Source of the DNA: Trueperaceae bacterium | GTDB lineage: Bacteria; Deinococcota; Deinococci; Deinococcales; Trueperaceae | Reading direction: 5' to 3' | Length of the DNA stretch: 64,000 nt | Assembly (NCBI GenBank): GCA_034520945.1 | Contig: JAXHNB010000005.1 | Location: 608,001 to 672,000, forward strand | Shown: positions 10,131 through 21,276 of the stretch, piece by piece | Layout: every line of letters starts with the position of its first letter | Numbering within the stretch: position 1 is the first letter of the stretch | Notes under the pieces: generated by a model | Seen by the model: the letters and a program-made list of their open reading frames with translations, nothing else | What the model was told of the DNA's origin: nothing | Databases searched by the model: none | Made by a program: the position numbers and the translations under genes

Positions 10131-11253
10131 ATGGCTGCTTCGTTCGCGATCACGGCGTCGCCGGCGTCGTTGGCGTTGTCGCGTGGGAGGGACGGCAAGG
10201 TCGTGCCGCAGGAGGTCACGTTCGCGGTGACGAATGCCGGGGTTCGCGTACGGTGACGGGCCGGGCTGTGGTGGAGCCACTGGGTTCCGGTGGCGTCGGG
10301 CTGGTTGGAGGTGTTGGGGGAGCGGGAGCGGGATTTCGAGGCGAACGGGACGCCATACCTTTTCCGTGCGGGTGGCGCCGCCGGCGGGCGCGCCTCCTGG
10401 GCGGCACCGGTTTCGTTTGAACATGGTGGACGTGCACCATCCGGACGAGGGCGAGGTGGAGGGGCCGGAGGTGGGGTTCGAAGGTGCCGCCGGCCCCGGC
10501 GGAGGACGGTGCCGTCGTTGCCGCGCTGGCTGTGGATGCGCCATCGCGGTGCTGGTGGTGGCAGGCGGCGTGATCGCGGCCGTCCTGGTGCTGGGCAACG
10601 ACCCGCCCGACGCCGACGCCGGCGGCGATCGTGAGGTCGAGGTGGGAACGACCGTCACGCTCGACGGCAGCACGTCCAGCGATCCGGACGGGGACGCGGT
10701 GGCGTTCTCATGGGCGTTGGAACGGCGACCCGACGGCAGCGGCTGCGGCCCTCGCGGACGCGCGACACGCCCTCGCCAAGCTTCACGCCGGACGTCGCCG
10801 GCACGTACGTGGCGGCCTTGACGGTGTCCGACGGGTCGCGCCCGGCCAGCGATAGCATGAGCGTCACGGCGCGCGAACCGCCCAACGAACCCCGGGCCTG
10901 TCGCCCATTGCCCAGCAGCGTACAGAGGAGGGGGCGCCGCTCGAGGTCGCGTTCGAGGTCGCCGACGAAACCCCGAGAACGATGACGATCGAGGCGTCGG
11001 CCAGCGACCCGGCCCTGCTGCCCGCTGGCAGCGTCGAGGTCCTCGGCGACGGTGCCGAGCGGTCGCTGCGCATCACGCCACCGGCAGGCGCAGCCGGAAG
11101 CACGGAAATCACCGTGGTGGCGCGGGACGCAGCTGGATTGGAGGACAGCGTCACGTTCGTGCTTGAGGTCACGCCGCGGCCCCTTTCCCGGGAATCTGGG
11201 ACGACGCCCCGCGGGACGACGCCCTCTGGGGACCACGACCACGCCGCTCGTAA
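10131..11253 (+). CDS. Single-pass membrane protein, paralogue 2: shared N-module + TM + PKD-like domain + Ig-like domain + Trp/Asp tail; frameshifted
   Basis: GGAGG then ATG 10131 MAASFAITASPASLALSRG; TM AIAVLVVAGGVIAAVLVLG; PKD-like NDPPDADAGGD..V.VG.TVTLDGS.SSDPDGD...FSW...FTPDVAGTY...LTVSDG; probable end GIWDDAPRDDALWGPRPRRS* (TAA 11251-11253). Confidence 0.7.
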
Positions 11254-11268
11254 AGCAAGGAGGCCCGA

Positions 11269-12260
11269 GTGAACCCGAACACCCGCAAGGTTCTACGCCT
11301 GATCGTCCCGGTCGCCGTTCTCGGCATCTGGGCGTTCGCCATCGACCTTCCGCATCTGTTCTCACCGGAAACGACGATCAGCTCCAGCGAAGTCAACGAG
11401 AACTTCCAGGTGCTGGCCGGCGCGATCACGACCTTCGAAGACGCCATCGCGATCGACGACGATGGGAACGTCGGCATCGGCACCGGCAGCTCCGGCTTCC
11501 AGCTCGACGTGGTGGGCGGGATGCTCGCCACCGACGACGACCGTGCCATCATCGGCCGCCAGGGCACCAGATCCTGCGCTGGAACGTACGGTGTCGGCGG
11601 ATGCGCGACCACGGGGAACGGTGTCGTCGGTCGCGCCGGTGGCGGCATTGGCGTGCTCGGCGTCAGCGACACGCGCGGCGTGGTCGGCACCCAAGGGGAG
11701 ACGTCGTGCGCCGGCAGCTACGCCGTGGGCGGGTGCGGCACCACGGAGCGACGGCATCTACGGCCGGAGCCGCGACGGACGTGCAGGCGTGTTCGATGGA
11801 ACGGTGCAAATCAACGGCAACCTCAGCGTGTCGGGCACCAAGAGCTTCCGCATCGACCATCCTCTCGATCCCGACAACCGGTACCTGCACCACTTCGCTG
11901 TCGAATCCAACGAGGTGCTGAACGTCTACAGCGGCACCACGAGCCTGGATGCGGACGGCACGGCCGTCGTGCGATGCTCGGACTACTTCGAAGCGCTGAA
12001 CACGGACGTTCGTTACTGAGCTCGCCCATCGGCAGGCCATGCCGAACTTGCACGTGTCGGAGAAGTTCTCGCAAGGGCGCTTCGCCGTAGCCGAGGGACA
12101 GCCCGGTGCGGACGTCTCTTGGCAAGTCACGGCGGTCCGCAACGACGCAGGCCTGCGGGGCGGCAGGCTGCCCGTGGAGTTGGACAAGCCCGTCTCAGAA
12201 CGCGGCAGCTCCGAGGTGGACGGCCGTGGTACGGAGCCTGTCGCGAGGCGCGCGCCGTGA
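11269..12260 (+). CDS. Secreted fibre-like protein with Gly-rich beta repeats and C-terminal intramolecular-chaperone-like domain; frameshifts ~11745, ~12015-12040
   Basis: AAGGAGG RBS; signal-peptide-like N-terminus ending AFA; FSPETTISSSEVNENF; GNVGIGT; GV.G repeats; KSFRIDHPLDP.NRYL.H..VES.E..NVYSG...LD..G.A...DYFEALN...VSWQVTAVRND. Confidence 0.65.
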
Positions 12261-12291
12261 GGCCGTCGCCCGGCCGACGAGGTACGGCCTG

Positions 12292-13460
12292 ATGGCGGCT
12301 TCGTTCGCGGTCACGGCGTCGCCGGCGTCGTTGGCGTTGTCGCGTGGGAAGGGCGGCGCGGTCGTGGCGCAGGAGGTCACGTTCGCGGTGACGACGATAC
12401 GGGCCGCGCGACGGTGACCGGGTCGGGCCGCGGTGGAGCCGCTCGGTTCGGTGGGGGTCGGCGTGGTTGGAGGTGTTGGGGATCGGGAGCGGGATTTCGA
12501 GGCCAACGGCACGCACACCTTCACCGTGCGGGTCGCGCCGCCCGCGGACGCGCACGCCGGGCGGGCATCGTTTTCGCTTGAACGTGGTGGACGTGCATCG
12601 TCCCGACGAGGGCGAAGTGGAGGGACCCGAGGTGGATTCGAGGTGCCGCCGGCCCTTGTCGACGACGGGCCGGCGGTGCCGCGCTGGCTGTGGATCGCCA
12701 TCGCGGCGGTGGTGTTGGTCGGGGGTGCGGCGGCGCTGGCCGTGGCGTTCTGGCCGTTCGGTCCGAGCGAACGCGAGGTGCCCGGTCTGGCTGGCATGAC
12801 CGTCGCCGAGGCGACGGAGACGGCCGAAGGGGCCGGCTTCACGCTCGAGGTCGCCGACGCGCCGCGCCCCAGCGACGAGGTCGGGGCCGGCAGGGTCGCC
12901 GCGCAAGAGCCGGAGGCGGAGACGCTGGCCGAGCCGGGCAGCCCGGTCGTCGTGACGCTGGCTGGCGTACCGGACGTCGTGGGCATGGAGCGCGCCGACG
13001 CCGAACGCGCCCTGCGGGATGCGGGCCTCGCCGTGACGGTGGCGGGCCTGAGGGTCACCGGCTCGCACGCGCCGCGGCCGGGTCGTCTCGCGACCCGGGC
13101 CCGTCCGACGACGTCGAGCCCGGCGCGGAGGTCACCCTTCGTCGTCGAGGGGGTCGATGTGCCCCCATGGTGGGCGAGCACATCGACGACGCGCTCCGCA
13201 CGCTGGAGGGACCGGGCTGTCGTTCGAGCTGAACTCGGACTTCCGGAGCCGCCGTCCGGCCGGGACCGTCACCAGGCAGTCGATCGATGGCGGCGCAGCC
13301 GTGGATCCGGGAACCACCGTCTCGCTCTCCGTGGCAGCCACCTTCGGTGGCGGGTACCTGGAGGAGATCGACCCGGCCCTTCTCCGCCGCTTGAACGTTC
13401 CCCTTGGTCCCGGCAATGGACCGATTCCGCCGTTCGACTTCGAGCCTGGTCACGCGCTGA
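12292..13460 (+). CDS. Single-pass membrane protein, paralogue 3: shared N-module + TM + about three PASTA domains; frameshifted, end approximate
   Basis: MAASFAVTASPASLALSRG; PRWLWIAIAAVVLVGGAAALAVAFWPFG; PASTA units VPGLAGMTVAEA...EGAGF...G.VAAQEP, VPDVVGM..ADA..AL.DAGL and VGEHIDDA...L...G...GTV.RQS...G..V..GTTV.L.VA. Confidence 0.72.
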
Positions 13461-13484
13461 ACCCTGGCCGCGAGGAGGAACGCC

Positions 13485-13885
13485 ATGTCCCTGAATTCTT
13501 CCAAGATGTCGCGCACCTTCTCGGCGTGATCGCCGGATTCGCCGCCGGCGCGGTGGCCCTCGTCGACCTCATCGTGGTACCGGACAGTTCGCGTATGGCG
13601 TCTGGGCCGGCGGCGCTTCCTGGCGGGGCGCCGCACGCTGGCGGTGATCGCGGGAGCGCCGGCCAGTCCGCCGCGGCGGGCGCGAGCCCTGCCGGAGGTG
13701 GGCGCCGAGTACACCCGCGTCCCGCGGACTGGGTCACCTACATCGTCATGGCGCCCTTCGTTCGTCGGCATCGTCGTGACGTTCTTGGCCCCGCCGTGGG
13801 GGTAGCGCCCCCCGCCCGGCGGGTCACGAGATCCCGGCGCACCGGTTCCGGGCTGGGCGCGGGCGCGACGCCGCAGTGCCGGTGA
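13485..13885 (+). CDS. Small hypothetical membrane protein (frameshifted, boundaries approximate)
   Basis: GAGGAGG RBS before ATG 13485; hydrophobic segments LLGVIAGFAAGAVALVDLIVV and WVTYIVMAPFV. Confidence 0.4.
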
Positions 13886-14389
13886 AGCCGCTCCACCTGC
13901 TGATCCTCGTCGCCGGTGGTCGCGATCATGGCGTACCTGCTCACGCTGGCGATCGGGTCGCGGACCCGCAGCGACGAGGGGCCCCAGGGGCGCAACGGCG
14001 CACCTTCGACGTCGACGCGTCCTACCCGTTGCTCGGCAGCCTCGGCCGCTGGTTCAGCCCCGAGATGGAGCTTTCCGCAGGCGGCTCGGGTACGACCTGA
14101 GCGGTGGTCAGCGGGTGGAGCTTCCGCTGCCCGCGGAGGAACGACGCTACCGCCGCCTGGAACCTCGCGGCGACCGAGCCGCCGGCGCCCAGCGCGACCG
14201 CGTTGACGATCACCTACGCCCCGAGAACCAGCGGCAACGAGGACTACCCCGACGAACTCACCGAGACCAGCTCCTGGCCGGAAGACGCACGAGACCTGCC
14301 CGACGCGACCTTCCTGGTGTTGGACGGCGGGGGGACGCTCACCGTCGTGAACCGGTCGACCCGGCCCGCGGCGGATCGAGGTGCGGTGA
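13882..14389 (+). CDS. Small hypothetical membrane-anchored/exported protein (frameshifted, approximate)
   Basis: MKPLHLLILVA/VVAIMAYLLTLAIGS N-terminal anchor; downstream coding-like segment LTITYAP...DATFLVLDGGGTLTVVN. Confidence 0.4.
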
Positions 14390-14416
14390 GGCGGCACACC
14401 GCGGCCGGTACGCGCC

Positions 14417-15128
14417 TCAGGCCCGGTCCAACCGCAACGCCTTCAGCACCGGCACCACCGAGCCGAACAGCAGCACCACGCACCAGACCGCCGCCAGGAT
14501 GCCTACCACGATGGCCGCCACCGCGTCGGTGATGGCGACGAGGAAGCCCGGCACGATCGCGTGCAGGAAGCTCACCACGATGTTGGCCAGCAGCGCGCTC
14601 AGCACCAGCGCCACCAGCCCCTTGTTCTGCACCATCCGCTGGTGCGCCAGCAGCGGCAGGCCGTGTAGCCGAGTACCGGGCGAGGACCAGACCCAGCGTC
14701 GTGGCCGCGGTCCCCGTGGGGAAGCTCGGCGTAGCGCGCGAAGTACACCGCCGTGCCGAACGGCGCCGCGGCCAGGAGCATCACCATCAGGATCAGCAGC
14801 CCCAGCGCCGTCAGGATCATGACGATCGCCCCGAGCAGCATCAGCAACGAGGCCAGCAGCGTCACCACGCCCTGGACGCGCCCGTGCACGCGTTCGGGCA
14901 CGATCAGCGAGGCCAGCATCAACGACAACGTGAGCAGCACCAGCCCGTCCACCAGCGCCATGTACGCGATGCCGCGCCCACGGTGCGCACGTCGCCGTCG
15001 GCCCAGGTCGGAACGATAGCGGGCAACCACGTGGATGCGCCCACCTCGATCAGGATCACGAAGACGGCCAGCACCACGGCCGCCACGAAGAACGGCCGGC
15101 GCAGCCTGTCCGCCACCTGCGTCGTCAC
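14417..15128 (-). CDS. Hypothetical polytopic membrane protein (about 6 TM), frameshifts ~14980 and ~14720-14640
   Basis: Three ORF fragments (14919-15128, 14599-15030, 14417-14635) join into a continuous hydrophobic protein with motifs GRGIAYMALVDG, GRVQGVVTL, PFGTAVYFARY, QNKGLV; TAGCTT -10 lies 6 nt before GTG 15128. Confidence 0.7.
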
Positions 15129-15154
15129 GTACGCAAGCTACCGCGGATGGCGGC

Positions 15155-15574
15155 TCACTTGTCCAGCGGGACGAGCGCGCTCGCGCACGCCCATCGGGGC
15201 GACGTGGGCGACGCGCATTGGCGTGCCTGAGCGCCCTTCGCCCGCACCGGCGTGAACACGTTCAGCGTCTCCGTCGGCCCGGGCGCGTCCTCGGGCACGT
15301 ACGCGGCGTGCGCGATGCCGCCCGGGATCGACAGCACCTCGCCCGCCGCCAGGTGCGTCTCGCCGTCGTCGAACACGAACACCAGCGCGCCGGCCTGCAC
15401 CAGGGTGAGCTGCTCGGCGGGGTGGGCGTGTCGCGGAAACGTCGTGCCCGGCTCGTAGCGGTACGCGATCAGCTCCAGGCGCTCGCCGGTCATGCGGCGG
15501 CGGGTCACGCCGCTGCGGGGTGTCTCGCCCGGCAGTTCGTCCAGGCGGACCTTCCGGGGCCGCGGTGCGTTCAC
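15155..15574 (-). CDS. Cupin domain protein (C-terminus uncertain)
   Basis: GTG 15574 overlaps the upstream stop; cupin motifs FPRHAHPAEQLTLVQAG and GEVLSIPGGIAH. Confidence 0.85.
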   Translation of the reverse strand: MNAPRPRKVRLDELPGETPRSGVTRRRMTGERLELIAYRYEPGTTFPRHAHPAEQLTLVQAGALVFVFDDGETHLAAGEVLSIPGGIAHAAYVPEDAPGPTETLNVFTPVRAKGAQARQCASPTSPRWACASALVPLDK

Positions 15575-16927
15575 GCCGCCACCTCGCCCGTCACGCGCTC
15601 CAGCGCCGCCGCCATGCCCTGCACGAGCACCTCCACCTCGTCCTCCGTGATCACGAACGGCGGCGCCAGCAGTGCGTGATCGCCACGCCGGCCGTCCACG
15701 TGCCCGCCGCCCTGATAGACGTACACGCCTTCGTCCAGGCAGGCGCGGGCGAAGCGGCCGCGCACGTCGGCTTCGGCCGGGAACGGCGTCATGCCGTCTC
15801 GTTCCGCGACGAACTCGACGCCCAGCAACAGTCCGCGGCCACGGATGTGACCGACGTGCGGGTGGTCGCCGAGGGTCTCCTGCAGGCGGCGTTTCAGGAG
15901 GGCGCCCAGCTCGGTGACGCGGGGGAGGAGCCCCTCGCGTTCGATTACGTCGATGACGTGACTGCCGACGGCGCAGCTCAGCGGGTTGCCGGCGAAGGTG
16001 TGGCCGTGCGGGAAGCCGCCCGGCGCGCGGCGCACCGCCTGGTCGTGCGCGTCGGGCACCAGCACCGCGCCGAGGGGCGCGTAGCCGGCGGAGAGGCCCT
16101 TGGCGGTGGTGATCATGTCCGGCGTCACGCCGGTGTGCTGCATCGCCCACCAGGCGGCCGGAGCGGCCGTTGCCGCTCATCACCTCGTCCGCGATGAACA
16201 GCACGTCGTGCCGGTCGCAGATCTCGCGGATGCGGGGCCAGTACCGCTCCGGCGGGTGCCGGCCGGGGGCGGAGGAGCCGACGACCGGTTCGGCGATGAA
16301 CGCCGCCACGTTCTCGGGCCCGACGTCCTGCAGACGCGTCTCCAGGTCGCTGGCGCACTCGACGTTGCAGCTGCTCGGTTCCTTGCCGAAGGGGCAGCGC
16401 GCGCACGAGGTCGGCGCGATCATCGGTTGCGCCTGCATCATCGGCGCGAACGGGTCGCGCCGTTGCGGGTGGCCCGACACGGACAGGGCGCCGAGGGTGG
16501 CGCCGTGGTAGCTGGTGCGGCGCGTCACCACCAGCGTCTTGTGCTCGAACCCGCGGGCGCGCTGCACCTGGCGGGCCAACTTGAGCGCCGTCTCGGTCGC
16601 CTCGCTGCCGCCGGAGGTGAACAGCACGCGGTCCAGGCCGGCGGGGGCGCGGGCGGCCAGGCGTTCGGCCAGCGCTTCGGCTTCGGGGGTGACGAACTTG
16701 CTGGGGTGCGCGAACGCCAGCCGGGACGCCTGCTGGGCCATCAGCGCCGCGATGTCCTGGCGGCCGTGCCCCAGCGAGGCGACGGCGGCGCCGGCGGCGG
16801 CGTCCAGGTAGCGGCGGCCGTGCTCATCGATCAGCCAGGTGCCCTCGCCGCGCACGATCCGGATGGGCGCGTGGGCGGGGTCGCGCAGGAACAGGGGGGA
16901 GGCGCGGGTGTCGGTCGGGGTCGTCAT
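15571..16927 (-). CDS. Class III (PLP) aminotransferase; one frameshift ~16150
   Basis: [63 protein letters not shown], then in the next frame [36 protein letters not shown]. Confidence 0.92.
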
Positions 16928-16952
16928 CGGGGTGCTCGGCGGGGCGTGCGGC

Positions 16953-18479
16953 TCAGGCCGCGGCGTCGCGGCGGCGGCCGGCCATCATCAGGCCCAGCGT
17001 TTCGGCGTCGGCCTCGGTGGCGGGCAGCTCGCCCATGAGGGTGCCTTCGAAGATGACGGCGATGCGGTCGCTGAGGGAGAGGATCTCGTTCAGGTCGGCG
17101 CTGACCAGCAGCACCGCCAGGCCCAGGTCGCGGGCGCGGACGATCTGGCGGTGGATGAACTCGATCGCGCCGATGTCCACTCCTCGCGTCGGTTGCGCCA
17201 GGATCAGCACCTTGGGGTCGCGTTCGAGCTCGCGCGCCACGATCAGCTTCTGCGCGTTGCCGCCCGAGTACGCCTGCGCCATCACGGTGGTCGAGCGGGG
17301 CCGCACGTCGTAGTCCTCGATGATGCGGCCGGCGTGATCTTGAATCGCCTTCAGGTTCAGGAATCCCTGCCGCGTGGCGAACGGCGGGTGGTGATGGTCG
17401 CCCAGCACCGCGTTCATCGCGGCGGAGTACGACGCCACCAGGCCGCGGGCGTTGCGGTCCTCGGGCACGTGGCTCATGCCGGCCGTCCGTCGCGCTCGGC
17501 CGGAGGTGTGCGTCACGTCCTCTCCCATCATGCGGATTTGGCCGCCGTCCGGCTGGCGCAGGCCGGTGATGCACTCCACCAGCTCGGTCTGGCCGTTCCC
17601 TTCGATGCCGGCGATGCCGAGGATCTCGCCGGCGCGGACCTGCAGGGACACGCCGCCGAGCACGTCGCGGGGCTTGACGGGGTGCGCCAGGCGCAAATCG
17701 CGGACCTCCAGGCGGACGTCCTTCGGGTCCGGCGGTTCCTTCTCGACCCGCAGCAGCACCTCGCGCCCCACCATCATGTTGGCCAGTTTCGGCGTGTCGG
17801 TCTCCTGCTTGCGGACGGTGCCGATCATCTGCCCGTCCCGCATCACGCTCATGCGGTCGCAGACCTCCATCACCTCGTCCAGCTTGTGGCTGATGAACAC
17901 CAGCGCGTTGCCGTCCGCGACGTACTCCTTCAGGAACTGGAACAACCCGCGGGTCTCCTGCGGCGTCAGCACCGCGGTCGGCTCGTCCATGATCAGGATC
18001 TTGGCGTCGCGGTACAGGGTCTTGAGGATCTCGACCTGTTGCTGGCGGCCGAGGGGCAGCTCGCCGACGGGCTGGTCGGGGTCGATGTCGAAGCCGAAAC
18101 GTTCGATCAGTTCCCGCGTGCGGGCGCGGGCGCGGGCGTAGTCGATCCGCGCGGCGCTGCCCGGTTCGCTGCCCAGCACCAGGTTCTCGGTGACGCTGAG
18201 CGGCTCCACCAGCATGAAGTGCTGGTGCACCATGCCGATGCCGCGGCGGATGGCGTCGCGCGCGTCGTGCATCACGGCCGGCTGGCCGTCGATGGCGATC
18301 TCGCCCTCGTCCGGGGGTTGCAGGCCGTAGAGGATCTTCATCAGCGTGGACTTGCCGGCGCCGTTCTCGCCGATCAGGCCGTGAACCTCGCCCCACGCGA
18401 CGCCAAAGTCCACCGCGTCGTTGGCCAGCACCAGCGGGAACCGCTTGGTGATTCCGCTCATCCGTACCGCGTCCGGCAT
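16953..18479 (-). CDS. Sugar/nucleoside-type ABC transporter ATP-binding protein (two NBDs)
   Basis: [61 protein letters not shown]. Confidence 0.93.
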   Translation of the reverse strand: MPDAVRMSGITKRFPLVLANDAVDFGVAWGEVHGLIGENGAGKSTLMKILYGLQPPDEGEIAIDGQPAVMHDARDAIRRGIGMVHQHFMLVEPLSVTENLVLGSEPGSAARIDYARARARTRELIERFGFDIDPDQPVGELPLGRQQQVEILKTLYRDAKILIMDEPTAVLTPQETRGLFQFLKEYVADGNALVFISHKLDEVMEVCDRMSVMRDGQMIGTVRKQETDTPKLANMMVGREVLLRVEKEPPDPKDVRLEVRDLRLAHPVKPRDVLGGVSLQVRAGEILGIAGIEGNGQTELVECITGLRQPDGGQIRMMGEDVTHTSGRARRTAGMSHVPEDRNARGLVASYSAAMNAVLGDHHHPPFATRQGFLNLKAIQDHAGRIIEDYDVRPRSTTVMAQAYSGGNAQKLIVARELERDPKVLILAQPTRGVDIGAIEFIHRQIVRARDLGLAVLLVSADLNEILSLSDRIAVIFEGTLMGELPATEADAETLGLMMAGRRRDAAA

Positions 18480-18646
18480 GGCGCGAGGATAGCACGGGGG
18501 GTCCGTGGAACGCGGCCTGGCGCGGGTTTCCCCGGCCGGCGGGGCGTGGCGTGGACGACGTCCCCACCGCGTCCCGCCGTGCTAGCGTAGTGGTGCATGG
18601 AAGGGTGGCGTAGCCTTCCAGGCAGGCAACAGGTGCTGGGACCCGT

Positions 18647-19003
18647 GGGGGCGATACGGCTTCGACGGGGCTCGACCAAGGCACCGGTCGCGCGTCGCGG
18701 ATGCAGTTGGCCGCGTCAACAAGCTGCACTGCCAATAACTGGCAACCAGAACTACGCTCTGGCTGCGTAACCCGTAGTCAGCGTCGCCTAGAAACCCCGT
18801 CGGTGGTTCGCTAGGTCCGACGTCCTGAAACCGACTGGCCCAACGGCCGTGGCGCCGGCCCGAGGGTAAGATTTTAGGCGCCTAAGCGCGCGGTTTCGCG
18901 GGTCTCCAGCCTGCCTCGCGCCGACAATCGATCGGAGACTACACGCGTAGAAGCCGGGCCAAGGGGGCCTCGGACGCGGGTTCGACTCCCGCCGCCTCCA
19001 CCA
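18647..19003 (+). ncRNA. ssrA: tmRNA; tag peptide (A)GNQNYALAA encoded at 18741-18770
   Basis: 5' GGGGGCGATACGGCTTCGAC; resume context ATAACT-GGC AAC CAG AAC TAC GCT CTG GCT GCG TAA; 3' T-arm GGACGCGGGTTCGACTCCCGCCGCCTCCACCA. Confidence 0.97.
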
Positions 19004-19006
19004 GCC

Positions 19007-19042
19007 GAACCGACCGGGCCACCCGCCCGGTCGGTTCCTTGT
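19007..19042 (+). terminator. Hairpin terminator after ssrA, probably shared with convergent vapC
   Basis: GAACCGACCGGGC-CACCC-GCCCGGTCGGTTC stem followed by CTTGT. Confidence 0.7.
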
Positions 19043-19122
19043 GTCGTTTCGCGAGGCGGAGGCGCGCTGCCGCGTGCGCACGCACGTGCGGAGCGTCCAA
19101 ACGCCCGCACCCCCGACCGCGA

Positions 19123-19515
19123 TCAGTCGCCCATCCCCACCACCCGCACCGGCACGCCCAGGTCCAAGTTCGCCCACGCCCGGTTCGTCGTCACCGCCGT
19201 GCCGCCGCGCACCTCCGCGCTGGCCAGGCAGGCCCGCGCGCCGAACGGCAGCGCCGCCCCGCCCGCCCGCTCGGCCAAGCGCCCCGCCGCGGCGCCCTCG
19301 TCGGGTGTGAACGGCGCCACCTCGAGTCCCAGCAGCAGCAGCTCGTCCAGCAACGTTTCGGTCTCCGCGCCCTGCGCCACCGAGCGGCGCACCACCTCCG
19401 CGAAGTTGACGCTGTTCAGCACCGCGCCGGCCAGGGGCACCTCGTCGTCGTCCACCTCGCCCTGCAGGAACGCCATCAGCGCCGAGGCGTCCAGCACCAC
19501 GGGGCCGCGGATCAC
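19123..19515 (-). CDS. vapC: PIN-domain toxin (VapC family)
   Basis: VVLDASALMAFL..E, SVNFAEV, LPFGARACLA, AVTTNRAW. Two normally acidic PIN positions read A and N here, so activity may be altered. Confidence 0.85.
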   Translation of the reverse strand: MIRGPVVLDASALMAFLQGEVDDDEVPLAGAVLNSVNFAEVVRRSVAQGAETETLLDELLLLGLEVAPFTPDEGAAAGRLAERAGGAALPFGARACLASAEVRGGTAVTTNRAWANLDLGVPVRVVGMGD

Positions 19516-19817
19516 CCCGGTCCGTCCTCGCGGGACGTTTCCTCGGCCCCGGCCCCGTCGTGCGTCGCCTCCTCGCGCCGGTCCGCCAGCAGCGCCTCCG
19601 CCTGCGAGGCGTCGGCGTCCTGGTAGCGCGCCCGCAGGCGCGCCAAAAGCGAGGCGCGCGCCTCGATCACCAGCCGGCCGTCCTCCAGCCAGGCGATCGC
19701 CTCCCCGGGTGCGTCCAGCCCCAGCTCGTCGCGGAACGGCTTCGGGATCAGCGCGCGGCCCTGCGCGTCCAAGCGGACGCGGAGCCGGCGCGGCGCGTCG
19801 GGCGTGCGGGCAGCCAT
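19512..19817 (-). CDS. vapB: AbrB/MazE/SpoVT-family antitoxin
   Basis: VRLDAQGRALIPKPFRDELGL..PGE.....EDGRLVIE; overlaps the toxin start. Confidence 0.85.
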   Translation of the reverse strand: MAARTPDAPRRLRVRLDAQGRALIPKPFRDELGLDAPGEAIAWLEDGRLVIEARASLLARLRARYQDADASQAEALLADRREEATHDGAGAEETSREDGPG

Positions 19818-20006
19818 GCCTCAGCCTAGCACCTGCCTGGCGCGATCTGGCACGCGGGCACGTCGTGCCAGATCCCGTCCGGCGGGCAGCGCGGCCGACA
19901 TCACCAAAACGCCGTCCCCGACGAGCGAAGCGGTGGTCGTGCCGCGCGCCGCGTGCTACACTCCTGGCAATTCACACCTGCCGCCAAGGCAACGAAGGAG
20001 GACGAC

Positions 20007-21107
<1,101 letters not shown>

Positions 21108-21276
21108 CGCGCCCTCCCGGCGCGCACGGGCCCCGGCGACCGTACGCCGGGGCCCTGTTCGTGGGCGCCCCGCGGGCCGCCCACGACCCCGCCGCCCCGA
21201 CCGGCGCATACGACCCGCCCCGCCCCGTCGGCAACGACGCCGAGCCCCCGCCGGCGCCTCGGCTATGCTGAGCCGC

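Noticed and set aside
15155..16927. 590 aa aminotransferase-cupin fusion ORF
   Set aside because: The aminotransferase C-terminal half is in another frame (15571-16143); the middle of the long ORF is off-frame sequence.
18980..20000. Integrated element at ssrA (also considered at tRNA-Thr)
   Set aside because: No integrase and no duplicated 3' end of ssrA or the tRNA found by eye.
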